64,000 nt of DNA, taken from Candidatus Altimarinota bacterium. GTDB lineage: Bacteria > Patescibacteriota > Gracilibacteria > CAIRYL01 > GCA-016699755. The notes under the pieces were generated by a model. The model had not been told where the DNA came from and did no database searches. It saw nothing but the letters and a program-made list of their open reading frames with translations. Each line of letters begins with the position of its first letter. Position 1 is the first letter of the stretch. The position numbers and the translations under genes are program-made. Below, in pieces: positions 17,972 through 28,883 of this stretch. The DNA is taken from contig OY760935.1 in assembly GCA_963664295.1 (NCBI GenBank), forward strand, positions 32,001 to 96,000. The letters are read 5' to 3'.

Positions 17972-20900
17972 TTATTTTTTTGTATAAACCTTAACTCGTT
18001 CAGAATAAAAGTTTTTTCCATTAAAATTTACTTTTGCAAATATTTCGCTTGTATTTATGCCTTGAATAAAGGCTGTTTTAAACATTCTTTCTGAGCTTAA
18101 GTCGTTAACGCCAAATTCCGCTAAAGCAATTTTTTTGCCACCATCTTTTTGCAAATAAATTGTGAGGCCTTCAAAGTTTTCAGCCATTTCTTTAGTAACG
18201 CCTACACTAACTTGCACCACATCACCTTCATTAACTTTTTTGCCATCTATTGGGTCAAAAATAGCAAATTTATCACTATTATTGTATTCATTGCTAATAT
18301 TAAAACTTGTTTCTGTTGTTTTTTGATTGCCAGCAGTATCAAAAACAGTGACCTTTAGTGTGTGTCTGCCTAATGAAGAGGGTGTTTTATAGCTTAGGTT
18401 ATATGGACTTGTTTTTGAGCTACCTATTTTTTTGTTGTCTAAATAAAAATCAACACGATCCACTGCACTGCGTGCGTCATAAGCATCTACAAGAAAGCTT
18501 ACTGTTGTATTTGCTGGCACGCTTTCTTCTTTTGTTGGGTATTTTATTTCAACTTCAGGAGGGGAGTCATCAGAACCAATTTTAACCTCAATTTCTGCAG
18601 AAGATGTATAGTAATATTGATCATAAACAATAACTTTTATTTTATGATTTGATCCTCTTTCTGTTCCGTTTGGAATAGTAATGGTGCCATTGTATGGGTA
18701 TGTAATAGAGCTTGTTTTTAATTCATCATTCCAGAAAAATTCTACATTTTTTACACCATTTGGAGCTTCAATAGAAGTGCGTACATCAGCAAAAGGAGGA
18801 GTGACAATGCCATAATTAATAGGTGAGTTAATAGTTATGCTTGGCTTTTGGTTTGCAAGTTCTTCTGTGTATAAAGTTGTTGTTTCTGTTGGTGCTTTTG
18901 CCATGAATTTTTCTACACCAAACTCAGCAACAAATTCGCGTCCTTTTTCGCTTAGCCATTCTTTTACTGGATTTTCCCAGCTTGCTTTGTCTGGATAATA
19001 AGCATGAAAATTTAAAATTGCTCTTTTTTCTAGTGCTTCTGCGGGTGTGTATTCATTTGGTAATTTGCCACTTATTTTTTCTACTTCAATTATTTTAAGT
19101 GCATCATCTGTATCTTTTGGTAAAGCAAAGCTAGCAAATTTTTCTTTGGTTATGAGTTTTTCATCTGTATCTGGTAATGGTAATTTGCCAGAAAATCGAG
19201 ATACAGGGATTATTTTTATTCCTGTTGGCACTTCAAATTTTTTCACTTCTACTTCTTTGTGTGCTTCTTCCATAAATTCTTTCCAAATTGGGCCAGCGAC
19301 ATCAAAACCATTTGCGTTCCAGTACATAACACTAGAATCATTATTTCCAGTCCAGACAATTGTTGTAAAATCAGGAGTGTACCCTACTGTCCAAGCATCT
19401 AGTGGCATTGGTCTATTATTTATTTTTTTGTTTGATGTGCCTGTTTTAGCGGCATTTGGTCTGCCATTTAGCTGTAGATACTGGTTCCAGCCAGGACCTC
19501 TGGCAGATGTATCAGATAAAACATCTGTCACAAGATAAGCCACTTGTGGATCCATTACTTCTTCAAATTCTGTTGGTAACTCCCTGTTGTCTAATAAAAT
19601 ATTACCTTGTCTGTCGCGTACTAATAAAATAGGGCTTAATGGTATTTTTTTTCCATTATTTGCGAGTACAGAAAAACCTTGTGCCATATCCAGAGGGCGC
19701 ACTTCACCAGCTCCAAGAGCAATTGCATTGCCAAAAAAGTCGGCGTCATTATAAAGAGTGATACCAATTTGATTTGATAATTCAACAACTTTGTCAGCAC
19801 CAACAATGAAACAAGCTTTAATTGCTGGAATATTTAAAGATCTACCTAGTGCTTCGCGCAGAGATACAGGACCATTAAATTTGCCATCATAATTTTGTGG
19901 TATCCAGCCGGCACCAAAGTTAGTTTCAACATCAAAAAGAACACTACCTGGAGCAAGTTTGCCACTTAAAAAAGCGGTCGCATAAACAATAGGCTTAAAA
20001 GAAGATCCAGGAAGTCTTTTTTGTAGTATTACATTAACTTGTCCATCATTTTCATTGTCCCAATAATCGCGAGAGCCAACCATGGTAGTAATGTAGCCGG
20101 TTTTTGTTTCTATACTAACCAAAGCTGCATTTTTTGCGCCAAAGTTTTCTTCGTTTATTTCTGCTCTTTTGCTAATAATTTCTTCTGCCTTTGTTTGTAA
20201 ATCATAGTCAATAGTTGTGATTACTTCTAATCCACCTTTTTCAATAAGTTCTTTGCCAAAGTTTTCTTCTAAAACTTCTTGAACATAAAAAACAAAATGA
20301 GGAGCACTAATATCCTGCCTAAATTCTTGAAATTCAAGTGTTTTTAAGTCTTCTGTTGCTTGTTGATACTCAGTTTCATTTATAAAATTTAATGCCTTCA
20401 TTCTTTTGAGAACCCAATCTGCACGACCAGGGAAATAATCAATAGCATCATTTGCTAAAGTGACCTCTTGTCCTCTGAGGCCTACCAGAATAGTAATTCC
20501 TGGCAGGTCATATATTTCTTGATAACTTGTATATCCTTTTTGTTCTATTTCTTCTTTTGACAAAGTGGTGTCAGTAAAAGCATGACTGCCCCAAGGCGAA
20601 TAATAGGTTGGTTTTTGCACTAATGCTGCTAATATTGCTCCTTCTGCTACGCTTAAATCTTTGGCGCTTTTGCCAAAAAAAGCTTGTGAAGCAGTTTCTA
20701 CTCCCAAAACACGCCCAAAAGAAACCTTGTTCATATAAAGCTCAAGGATTTCATTTTTTTCCATACTGCTTTCAATTCTGAATGATAGATACCATTCTTG
20801 CAGTTTTTGTATATATGTTCTTCCTTGATCAGCAAAAATGTTATCAACTAGCTGGTTTGTGAGAGTAGAGCCTCCTCTTGGTGGACAAAAACCACCCAAA

Positions 20901-21310
20901 GTGCCAAGTCCGAGGTGTGAAGAGGCCTCATAACAAACAGCTTTGGTAATACCACCATAATCAAGACCATGATGAGAAAAAAAGTCATCATCTTCTGCGG
21001 CTAGTAGGGCATTTACAAAATTTTGCGAAACTTCATCAATTGAAACAATTTTTCTATTTTCTTCTCCATAAACAGTAAATAATTTATGCTCACCTGTTTT
21101 ATCATAAATAATTGTACTTTCGGCAAAAGTAAAACTACGTATAGCATCAAGGCTAGGTGCAGTAATAATTGCATAAATAAAAGTTAATAAAACAACTCCA
21201 AAACAAAGACCAACAAAAGCAAGCAAAATTTTCCACCATTTTATTTTGCGTTTTTTTGTAGGCTCAAAATGGTCTTTTTTTAAAAGTGATTTTACTAAAA
21301 ATGGCTTCAT
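17972..21310 (-). CDS. Class A penicillin-binding protein (PBP1A-like) with C-terminal Ig-like domains
   Basis: AAEDDDF, GGSTLTNQL (transglycosylase); PGSSFKP, SLN, KTGT (transpeptidase). Confidence 0.93.
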   Translation of the reverse strand: MKPFLVKSLLKKDHFEPTKKRKIKWWKILLAFVGLCFGVVLLTFIYAIITAPSLDAIRSFTFAESTIIYDKTGEHKLFTVYGEENRKIVSIDEVSQNFVNALLAAEDDDFFSHHGLDYGGITKAVCYEASSHLGLGTLGGFCPPRGGSTLTNQLVDNIFADQGRTYIQKLQEWYLSFRIESSMEKNEILELYMNKVSFGRVLGVETASQAFFGKSAKDLSVAEGAILAALVQKPTYYSPWGSHAFTDTTLSKEEIEQKGYTSYQEIYDLPGITILVGLRGQEVTLANDAIDYFPGRADWVLKRMKALNFINETEYQQATEDLKTLEFQEFRQDISAPHFVFYVQEVLEENFGKELIEKGGLEVITTIDYDLQTKAEEIISKRAEINEENFGAKNAALVSIETKTGYITTMVGSRDYWDNENDGQVNVILQKRLPGSSFKPIVYATAFLSGKLAPGSVLFDVETNFGAGWIPQNYDGKFNGPVSLREALGRSLNIPAIKACFIVGADKVVELSNQIGITLYNDADFFGNAIALGAGEVRPLDMAQGFSVLANNGKKIPLSPILLVRDRQGNILLDNRELPTEFEEVMDPQVAYLVTDVLSDTSARGPGWNQYLQLNGRPNAAKTGTSNKKINNRPMPLDAWTVGYTPDFTTIVWTGNNDSSVMYWNANGFDVAGPIWKEFMEEAHKEVEVKKFEVPTGIKIIPVSRFSGKLPLPDTDEKLITKEKFASFALPKDTDDALKIIEVEKISGKLPNEYTPAEALEKRAILNFHAYYPDKASWENPVKEWLSEKGREFVAEFGVEKFMAKAPTETTTLYTEELANQKPSITINSPINYGIVTPPFADVRTSIEAPNGVKNVEFFWNDELKTSSITYPYNGTITIPNGTERGSNHKIKVIVYDQYYYTSSAEIEVKIGSDDSPPEVEIKYPTKEESVPANTTVSFLVDAYDARSAVDRVDFYLDNKKIGSSKTSPYNLSYKTPSSLGRHTLKVTVFDTAGNQKTTETSFNISNEYNNSDKFAIFDPIDGKKVNEGDVVQVSVGVTKEMAENFEGLTIYLQKDGGKKIALAEFGVNDLSSERMFKTAFIQGINTSEIFAKVNFNGKNFYSERVKVYTKK

Positions 21311-21330
21311 TATATTGGGTTATCTTGCAA

Positions 21331-21930
21331 TTATTTTACTTGATAATTCTTAGCTTTTGTGCTAATTTCTTCGTTTGAGTGGTTTTTTAATAATTCAACA
21401 ATATCATTTGGTAAATCATCTCTATTAAATAGTAATAAAACAGTTTCATTCATGCTTTCGTTGATAATTTTATGCATGACCTCTTTTGTTAGGTTTTCGT
21501 TTTCTGTAAGCATTTTTTGTACTGTAGAGGAAGGATCAGTGACAAAAATTTCCATCACAGACTCAGGTGTAGCAGGATTTTTTGCTACAGCATGGCGTAT
21601 TAAATCATTTTCGCTTTTTGCTAATTCTTCTAAAACCTCTGCAGGAGCTTTTGTGTTTGCAGCAAGATAATTTAAAACAATTTGACTTTCATCATTTTTT
21701 AGCATTTTTACTAGAACTTTTGCCGGAGTTTCGGGATTTTTGGCAACACTTGCTCTTACTCCCTCATTTTCATGTTCTGATAAAAATTCAAGCAAGCCAG
21801 TATCTTCAGAAGTGCGAGCAAGCTCCATTATTTCCTCATTTTTTTCAGGTAAGTTGTATTTATCTGCGCCAAAAAGTGAACATGCGCTGAGAACAACACA
21901 CAAACTTATTATTGTTATTATTTTTTTCAT
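21331..21930 (-). CDS. Lipoprotein with LRV/HEAT-like repeats
   Basis: Lipobox LSAC; VRASVAKNPETP-type repeats; start moved to ATG 21930. Confidence 0.75.
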   Translation of the reverse strand: MKKIITIISLCVVLSACSLFGADKYNLPEKNEEIMELARTSEDTGLLEFLSEHENEGVRASVAKNPETPAKVLVKMLKNDESQIVLNYLAANTKAPAEVLEELAKSENDLIRHAVAKNPATPESVMEIFVTDPSSTVQKMLTENENLTKEVMHKIINESMNETVLLLFNRDDLPNDIVELLKNHSNEEISTKAKNYQVK

Positions 21931-21982
21931 TTTTTTATGAAAATAGCTTGCAAATTTTCCCATAAATTTTTTTTTATTGCAA

Positions 21983-22582
21983 TTAAAAGTCAATGCGTGC
22001 CTCAAAAGCTTTTTTTAAGGTGTTTTCATCGGTATATTCCAAATCACCACCAACAGGAAGTCCGCGAGCAGGACGAGTGACTTTAATTGGATAATTTTTT
22101 AATTTTTGTTGAATATGAATACTGGTTGCTTCGCCTTCTAGTGTAGGATTTAAAGCAATAATAATCTCGGAAAAATTATTTTTTGCAATTCTTTCTTCAA
22201 GTTCATTTATTTTTAAGTCAGAAGGACCAATTCCTTCAAGAGGGGAAATAAGTCCGCCAAGCACATGAAAAAAACCTCGATAAGCACCTGTTTTTTCAAT
22301 TGCAATTAAATCAAGTTGATCTTCTACAAGGCAAATTATATTTTTGTCCCTATTAAAATCAGAACAAATAGGGCAAGAACCGTTATCTGCAAAATAAAAA
22401 CATTCAGGACAATAGTCCACTCCTTCTTTTGCTTGTAAAATAGCTTTTCCTAGGTCTTCACGAAGAATTTCAGGTGATTTTAATAAGAAAAAAGCTAGTC
22501 TTTCTGCGCTTTTTTGTCCAACTCCTGGAAGGGTGCGTAATTTTTCAATTAGCCTTTCTATTGCCTCTGGTAAATATTTCAT
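21983..22582 (-). CDS. recR: Recombination mediator RecR
   Basis: LPGVGQKSAERLAF, C4 zinc finger, EGEAT, GLPVGGDLEY. Confidence 0.97.
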   Translation of the reverse strand: MKYLPEAIERLIEKLRTLPGVGQKSAERLAFFLLKSPEILREDLGKAILQAKEGVDYCPECFYFADNGSCPICSDFNRDKNIICLVEDQLDLIAIEKTGAYRGFFHVLGGLISPLEGIGPSDLKINELEERIAKNNFSEIIIALNPTLEGEATSIHIQQKLKNYPIKVTRPARGLPVGGDLEYTDENTLKKAFEARIDF

Positions 22583-23568
22583 AAAACTTTTTTAACTCTT
22601 TTAAATATATCCAAAAAACTTATTTTTCCCAATAAAAAATCTTCCACAGCTTCTTCATTTGCTTTGTTTAATTTTGCACAGGTTTTTTCACCCTTTTTTA
22701 ATGCCTGATAAGCAAAATCTATGCTTGGAAAACGCTTTTTATCCACTTTTTCAAAAGTAAGTTTTTTGTCAAAAAGACTTAATTTTTTGAAAGATAAAGG
22801 CAGACGAGCAGGAATAGAAAGAGCCAAAGCAATGCAAGTTCGCATATCAGGTGTACCCATTTGAGCAATAACACTGCCATCAATAAATTCAACTGCAGAA
22901 TGCACAATACTTTCCGGGTGTACAACAACTTCAATTTGTTCAGGTTTTACATCAAAAAGTCGCACAGCTTCAATAATTTCCAATGCCTTATTCATTAAAG
23001 TAGCAGAGTCTATTGAAATTTTTTGCCCCATGCTCCAATTTGGATGAGCAAGTGCGTTTTTTATTGTAGCTTTTTTAAGTTTGTCTTTACTCCAGGTGCG
23101 AAAAGGGCCTCCGGAACAAGTGAGAATTATTTTGCTCACTTCTTTTTTATTGCCAGCTTGTAAACATTGCCAAATTGCAGAGTGCTCGGAATCCACTGGT
23201 CGAATTTTGGCTTTGTGTTTTTTTGCTTCACGCATTATTTTTTTGCCAGATGCAACCAAAGTTTCTTTGTTTGCTAGGGCAATTATTTTGCCTTTATATA
23301 CTGCTTCTAATGTTGGCTTAATGCCAATTTCTCCGCAAAGTGCATTGATTACAATGTCAAAATCAGTTTTTTTTACAAATTCATCAATTTTTTCTGTGCC
23401 TAGATGAATATTGTTTGTTTTGTATTTTTTTGCCTGACTATTGAGCAATTTTTTGTTTTGTTTTGCAGTAAGGCCAACAATTTTAAAAAGCCTAGGAAAT
23501 TGATCAATAACCTCCAAGGACTGCTTTCCCACTGATCCTGTTGACCCAAGAATTAAAACTTTTTTCAT
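22579..23568 (-). CDS. dxr: 1-deoxy-D-xylulose 5-phosphate reductoisomerase (compact, 329 aa)
   Basis: ILGSTGSVG, LANKE, PVDSEHSAI, HPNWSMGQKISIDSATLMNK. Confidence 0.96.
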   Translation of the reverse strand: MKKVLILGSTGSVGKQSLEVIDQFPRLFKIVGLTAKQNKKLLNSQAKKYKTNNIHLGTEKIDEFVKKTDFDIVINALCGEIGIKPTLEAVYKGKIIALANKETLVASGKKIMREAKKHKAKIRPVDSEHSAIWQCLQAGNKKEVSKIILTCSGGPFRTWSKDKLKKATIKNALAHPNWSMGQKISIDSATLMNKALEIIEAVRLFDVKPEQIEVVVHPESIVHSAVEFIDGSVIAQMGTPDMRTCIALALSIPARLPLSFKKLSLFDKKLTFEKVDKKRFPSIDFAYQALKKGEKTCAKLNKANEEAVEDFLLGKISFLDIFKRVKKVL

Positions 23569-24815
23569 ATAAATAATAATGAAATACCGCCAACAAGAAT
23601 TACAGTTGATAAAGTAATTAAGGAGGCTATTTTTAGTTTTTTGCCTCCAAAAAAGAACACAATAAGTATTTTTATGATTGTATTAGTCATTACAGCAATT
23701 GTGATTGCAGAAGCGCCTGTTTTAAAAGCAATTTCTCCTTGTTTTGTTAAGCTAGCAACCGAAAGAGTGATTGCATCTGTGTCAGCTAAGCCGGAAATTA
23801 TACTAGTTGCGTATAAGCCAGCATCACCAAGATGTTCTGGGATTATTTTTGCTGCTGATAAAATAATCATAAAAAACACACCAAACTTCAAGGCTTCGGA
23901 TAGCGAAAAAGGTTGAGAAATAATTTCTTTGTCTTTGTGTTTTGCTTTGCCTTTTTTAATGAGCGCAAATAGGCCAAAAATACCAGCACAAAAAGCCATA
24001 GCAAAAAGCGGAAAAGCTAGTTTGGTGGCTAATTCCGAATAAACAATTTCCGCTTCAATAAGCACACGCACATACATTATTGCATTAGCAAATAATATTC
24101 CTGCCAAAAATGGACCAACTATTTTTGGTGATTTTTTGTTCTGTGCAGAAAGGGAAGTCGTTACGGCAGTAGAAGAAACAAGTCCGCCAACCGCACCAGT
24201 AAGCACAATACTTTTTTTGTTTCCTAGAATTTTTGCCAGAAAAAATCCAACAAAACGAATGCCAGCAACCAAGACAACCATTAGCCAAACAACTTTTGGA
24301 TTAAATATTCCCCAAGGATCAATAGTTTCGTTTGGTAAAATTGGTAAAATAACTCCAGTAATAATTAAAAATTTCAAAATTGCTATAAATTCTTCAGGCT
24401 TAAAGTTTTTGGCTATTTTATGAAGATGAGTTTTTAAGGCAAGCAATAAGCTAAATAATATACTTACAATAATTGCAATAATTATTTCTTCCTTTGCTAC
24501 CAAGATGCCAATTAAAAAACAGGAAATAGCAGATATTTCCGTGGTTAATCCTGAGCATTTAAGCTTAAAAGCATTATAAGTGTAATTAATAATAGCAAAT
24601 AGAAAAACAACAAGAAAAATACTAATAACAATATTTGGCATTAAATATTTATCTTCCAGAAAAGTTGCCAAAAATCCCAAAGGACCAAGTACAGCAAAAG
24701 TTCGAAGGCCACCAAAGCCATTTTTTTTGCCGTGTTGAATATGCATTTCTCGCTCAAGACCAACAAGCGCAGAAAGTCCAAGAGAAATTAGTAATCCATT
24801 TATTATTTCTGTCAT
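23565..24815 (-). CDS. MgtC/SapB plus DUF4010-type membrane protein
   Basis: VGLERE, GGLRTF, GLTTE, GGLVSSTAVT, GLADTDAI. Confidence 0.88.
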   Translation of the reverse strand: MTEIINGLLISLGLSALVGLEREMHIQHGKKNGFGGLRTFAVLGPLGFLATFLEDKYLMPNIVISIFLVVFLFAIINYTYNAFKLKCSGLTTEISAISCFLIGILVAKEEIIIAIIVSILFSLLLALKTHLHKIAKNFKPEEFIAILKFLIITGVILPILPNETIDPWGIFNPKVVWLMVVLVAGIRFVGFFLAKILGNKKSIVLTGAVGGLVSSTAVTTSLSAQNKKSPKIVGPFLAGILFANAIMYVRVLIEAEIVYSELATKLAFPLFAMAFCAGIFGLFALIKKGKAKHKDKEIISQPFSLSEALKFGVFFMIILSAAKIIPEHLGDAGLYATSIISGLADTDAITLSVASLTKQGEIAFKTGASAITIAVMTNTIIKILIVFFFGGKKLKIASLITLSTVILVGGISLLFI

Positions 24816-24852
24816 AATTTAGGTAATTTTCCTTGCCATTTTCACACAATTT

Positions 24853-25680
24853 TTATTTTTTGGCTATTTTTTCAATTTTTTTAATTACTTTTTTTAATGA
24901 CTCTGTGGGAGTTGAAGCACCCGTAATTATCCCTACTTTGTTTATATTTTTAAACCAGCTTGTTTTTAGTTCGTTTTCTCCTTCTATTTGATGGGCTTTT
25001 GTAATTTTTTCACAAATTTCATAGATTTTTCTGGTGTTTGAGCTTGTTTTTCCGCCAACTACAATAACCAGTTCAACTTTTTTTGCTAGCCTTTTTGCAG
25101 AAAGTTGTCGTTCACGCACATCATTACAAATAGTTTCTTCAAAAACTAATTCCTCAGATTTTTCTTTTAATATTTCAATTATTTTATAAAATTTTTCTTG
25201 TTTTTCTGTGGTTTGTGCAAGTATTGCCAGTTTTTTTGTGAATGCCAGCTTTTTGGCTTCTTCTTCAGAAAAAATAACTATTGTTTTTGGATTATCTTCT
25301 GTAATTGCCTTTATTTCCGGATGATTTTTTTGACCAACAATAACGAGCTGATAGCCTTTTTCCGTAAACTCTTTTGCCTTTTGATGTAGTCTGATCACAA
25401 AAGGACAAGTTGCGTCTTCGATATTTTTTGCCCTTTTTTTAATTTTTTGAAGATTTTTTTGTGATATTCCATGAGCACGGATAACTACAGTTTCTGAGTT
25501 TATTTCTTCTATGTTTTTTGCAATTTTACCTTTGTTTTGTGTGATTTTTTTTAAAATTACGGGATTATGAATAAGAGGTCCAAAAGTTTGAAAATTAGTG
25601 CCAAAATGTTTTTTGGCTATATCAAAAGCCCTTTGAACTCCAAAACAAAAACCGGATTTATCTGCAATTATTATTTCCAC
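24853..25680 (-). CDS. ispH: 4-hydroxy-3-methylbut-2-enyl diphosphate reductase
   Basis: GFCFGV, LIHN, IRAHG, DATCPFV, QTT, TICN, SSN, GAST. Confidence 0.96.
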   Translation of the reverse strand: MEIIIADKSGFCFGVQRAFDIAKKHFGTNFQTFGPLIHNPVILKKITQNKGKIAKNIEEINSETVVIRAHGISQKNLQKIKKRAKNIEDATCPFVIRLHQKAKEFTEKGYQLVIVGQKNHPEIKAITEDNPKTIVIFSEEEAKKLAFTKKLAILAQTTEKQEKFYKIIEILKEKSEELVFEETICNDVRERQLSAKRLAKKVELVIVVGGKTSSNTRKIYEICEKITKAHQIEGENELKTSWFKNINKVGIITGASTPTESLKKVIKKIEKIAKK

Positions 25681-25831
25681 GACTTGTTTTTTAACTTTTT
25701 ATAAAAATAAAAGCAAATAAAAATTTTTAGCACTCTCCAGTATCTATTTTATTTAGATTATTGGTTTTTGTTTCTGTATTGGCAAAAAATAAGCTGGCAC
25801 TTTTTTAATTTTTTTGGCAAAATTAAAAATA

Positions 25832-26551
25832 ATGAGAGACAGACAAAGAGAAATATTAAAGGCAATTATTAAGCTTTTTGTTGAAACTGCTAATCCTGTT
25901 GGCTCAAAAGCACTTGCGGAAATGAAAGAGTTTCCCTTTTCCCCTGCAACTATTCGTAATGAAATGCAGGCCTTGGAAAAAGAAGGTTATCTAGCTTCTC
26001 CTCACACTTCTGCAGGCAGAGTGCCAACCACATTTGGTTTTCGTTTTTATGTTTCCGATTTAACTACTGGGCAAATTGATCAATTTCGACCACAAATTGC
26101 TCGAGATTTTGCCAAAGCAAAAAAAGAATATTTTGATTCTAAAAAAGCGGATCAAAAGATTTTTGACACTGTCTCTATTCTTACAAGCCTGACCGAAAAT
26201 GTTGCTTTTGCAACAATGCCCTCAAGAAAAAGTACTTTTTTCCTTGGTGCTTCAAAAATGCTTTCTGAGCCAGAATTTTCAACAAGACCAGAGCTTGCCA
26301 GTAGTGTTTTTCGTGTTTTAGAGGATAATTTTTATGATTTATTAAAATCATTAGATTTATCCGAAGAAGTTCAGGTTTTTATTGGTCAGGAAAATATTAT
26401 TCCTGAAATTCAATCATGTACCTTGCTCGCTTCTTCTTTTGATGTTTTTGGTCATCAGGGAGTTTTGGGTATTCTTGGTCCTGTGCGTATGAATTTTGCT
26501 CGTAATATTTTGGCGCTAGAAGAAGCGCAAAAATTTTTAAAAGAAAAATAA
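25832..26551 (+). CDS. hrcA: Heat-inducible transcription repressor HrcA (short form)
   Basis: PVGSK, SPATIRNEM, PHTSAGRVPT, GILGPVRM. Confidence 0.93.
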   Translation: MRDRQREILKAIIKLFVETANPVGSKALAEMKEFPFSPATIRNEMQALEKEGYLASPHTSAGRVPTTFGFRFYVSDLTTGQIDQFRPQIARDFAKAKKEYFDSKKADQKIFDTVSILTSLTENVAFATMPSRKSTFFLGASKMLSEPEFSTRPELASSVFRVLEDNFYDLLKSLDLSEEVQVFIGQENIIPEIQSCTLLASSFDVFGHQGVLGILGPVRMNFARNILALEEAQKFLKEK

Positions 26552-26552
26552 A

Positions 26553-27794
26553 TTGAAAAAAATTTTATTAAAATTTTCAGCTTTTATTTATTGTTTATTA
26601 TTTGCTTTTCCTTTAGCTACTAATGCTTTTGGTTATTATGATTTTAAAGAATTTGTGCACAATTTTTGGGAGCAAATTTTTCCAGAGCCACTTGTAGATA
26701 TTCCAGAGCAAATTGATCCATTATTATACATAAAGCAAAATCAGAATTATGAATTTGAAATTTGGACTTATCAGTATGGTGAAGATGCTTTTACTTGGGC
26801 TGTTTCTAGTTTTGAGCAGGAATATCCAAATGTAAAAATAAATTTTAGAACTTATTCCACAGAAGAAAGTTTGTGGAACGCTTTGCAGCAAGGTGGTGAC
26901 TTGCCAGATATATTTATGATTAAAGATTCATGGTTGCCTTATATGTGGAATATTTCTTCGCCTGCGCCCAAAGATTTATATCAAATTTCCGATATAGAAA
27001 CAGGGTTTTTACCAGCTAGTAAAACAGCTTTTTGCACAGAAACAAAAGTGTGGGCAATTCCTCTTTATCTGCGGGTTTTTAAGATGTTTTATAACAGTAG
27101 TTTTTTAGAGGATGATCGCATTGCTCTTGGTGATAAACCTGGTGAAACTTGGGTTGAGTTTTTAAATAATAAAAATAAGTATGATGAATTAGGTAAGACA
27201 AAAACCAGTTTTGTTTCTGTGGGTGCAAAAGAAAATTATCCTTACACAAAAGATTTATTTATATTATTGCTTTTGCAGGGAGAAAGTGGAGATAATTTGC
27301 CAAATTCATCTGTTGCTTCTGATGCCTTGAATTATCTTACGCTTTTGTATACTCCATTTTTTGATAAAGAGGTTTCTTATTTAGATGCTTTTGAAAAAAA
27401 TCGTTTAGGGGTCACATTTTCTTATGATGAAATTGGAAATTTGTTTACGGGTGTGCCACAGTTAAATACAGAAAAACCTCTTTATTTAGCGGAAATGTGG
27501 GGCTTTGCAGTTTCTTCAAAAAGTAGCAATATTAACGAATCATGGGAAATTATTAAATTTTTAACAAACGAAAGAAATCGTAATGATTTTTTCTTAAAAA
27601 CCAATAAAAATTTAATAAATCCAGTTATTACCAATGAAAACAAAGATTTTTTAAACAAATTAGTAGTTGCAGGCAAATGGAACCATCCTGATTTTTTATC
27701 CATTTTTAATAAAAATTTCGAAAAATTGCTAAAAAAATACATAACAACTAAAGAAGCATTAATTAATTTTGATAATTTTTATAAAGAACTATGA
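26553..27794 (+). CDS. Extracellular solute-binding protein (sugar ABC type)
   Basis: Signal peptide; FEQEYPNVKI, PDIF, WAIPL..MFYN, WEIIKFL. Confidence 0.75.
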   Translation: MKKILLKFSAFIYCLLFAFPLATNAFGYYDFKEFVHNFWEQIFPEPLVDIPEQIDPLLYIKQNQNYEFEIWTYQYGEDAFTWAVSSFEQEYPNVKINFRTYSTEESLWNALQQGGDLPDIFMIKDSWLPYMWNISSPAPKDLYQISDIETGFLPASKTAFCTETKVWAIPLYLRVFKMFYNSSFLEDDRIALGDKPGETWVEFLNNKNKYDELGKTKTSFVSVGAKENYPYTKDLFILLLLQGESGDNLPNSSVASDALNYLTLLYTPFFDKEVSYLDAFEKNRLGVTFSYDEIGNLFTGVPQLNTEKPLYLAEMWGFAVSSKSSNINESWEIIKFLTNERNRNDFFLKTNKNLINPVITNENKDFLNKLVVAGKWNHPDFLSIFNKNFEKLLKKYITTKEALINFDNFYKEL

Positions 27795-28267
27795 AAGAAA
27801 AAAAGCCAAAAAAAGACAAACAAGAGCAAAAAATAGCAGAATTAGAGCAAAAATTGTCAGAAAACGAAGAAAAATACCTTCGTTGTATGGCAGATTTGCA
27901 AAATGTGCGTCGTCGTGCACAAGAAGATCGTGTTGATTTAATACGCAATGGTAGCGAACAGGTAATAAAAAACCTTTTACCTGCATTGGACAACTTTGAT
28001 AGAGCATTGAAATCATTACCAGAAGACTTAAAAAATAATAACTGGATTACAGGTGTTGTAGCCTTGGAAAAGATTATTTTTGATACTCTTAAACAAGAGG
28101 GCTTAGAAGAAATCAATACAGCAGGTATAAAATTAGACACTAATATTCACGAAGCAGTAATGCTTGATGAAAAAGGGGAGTCAGGACTTGTTATTGAGGT
28201 CTTGGAAAAGGGCTATTTGCTCAATGGAAAGGTTTTAAGACCTGCAAAAGTAAAAGTTGGTAAATAA
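27791..28267 (+). CDS. grpE: Nucleotide exchange factor GrpE
   Basis: ADLQNVRRR, LLPALDNFDRAL, HEAV, KGYLLNGKVLRPAKVKV. Confidence 0.96.
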   Translation: MKEKKPKKDKQEQKIAELEQKLSENEEKYLRCMADLQNVRRRAQEDRVDLIRNGSEQVIKNLLPALDNFDRALKSLPEDLKNNNWITGVVALEKIIFDTLKQEGLEEINTAGIKLDTNIHEAVMLDEKGESGLVIEVLEKGYLLNGKVLRPAKVKVGK

Positions 28268-28322
28268 ATTTTGCGTTTTTTTAAAAAAGTAATATAATAA
28301 AAGTTGTTGCCTTTTGTAAAAT

Positions 28323-28877
28323 ATGAACATTGAAGCCTTTTTAGAGCACATCTACAAGGGACAAAAGCGGAAAACAGGTGAAAACTACACTAGTCATCTT
28401 TACGCAACAAAAAAAATTCTTGAAGAAGCAGGTGTCACAGATGAAACTATTCTTAAGGCTGCTTTATTGCATGACATAATCGAAGATACACAAATTAGTA
28501 AGGAATATTTAATACTTAAGTTTGGCGCAAGTGTTGTTAGAATATTAGAACTTCTTTCCAAGGAAGACATGTGGCATACATCATATTGTCGTGCAAAGGC
28601 TAATTTAGATGCAATGGAGGCCTCTTGGGTTAATTACCCAGAGGCCATTTTAATAAAAATGGCCGATCGTTTGCATAATTTGCAAACCATTGAAGGCTTT
28701 GGTCTTAAAAAACAAGGATCTTATTTAGCAGAGTCTAAAAACTTATTACTTCCTCTTTTTAAAGGTGTTTTAGTCAGGAATAATCTTGGTTATTTGCGAA
28801 ATCCTATTATAAAACTTTTAGATAGATTGGAGTGTGAGATAATGGAAATAGAAAAGCGTCTTTATGTTTCTATGTAA
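28323..28877 (+). CDS. Stand-alone RelA/SpoT-type HD hydrolase (small alarmone hydrolase/Mesh1-like)
   Basis: GQKRKTGENYTSH, AALLHDIIED, IKMADRLHN. Confidence 0.82.
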   Translation: MNIEAFLEHIYKGQKRKTGENYTSHLYATKKILEEAGVTDETILKAALLHDIIEDTQISKEYLILKFGASVVRILELLSKEDMWHTSYCRAKANLDAMEASWVNYPEAILIKMADRLHNLQTIEGFGLKKQGSYLAESKNLLLPLFKGVLVRNNLGYLRNPIIKLLDRLECEIMEIEKRLYVSM

Positions 28878-28883
28878 TCAATT

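Noticed and set aside
25727-25753. CIRCE element upstream of hrcA
   Set aside because: Only the left half (TTAGCACTC, 25727-25735) is present; no GAGTGCTAA arm follows after 9 nt.
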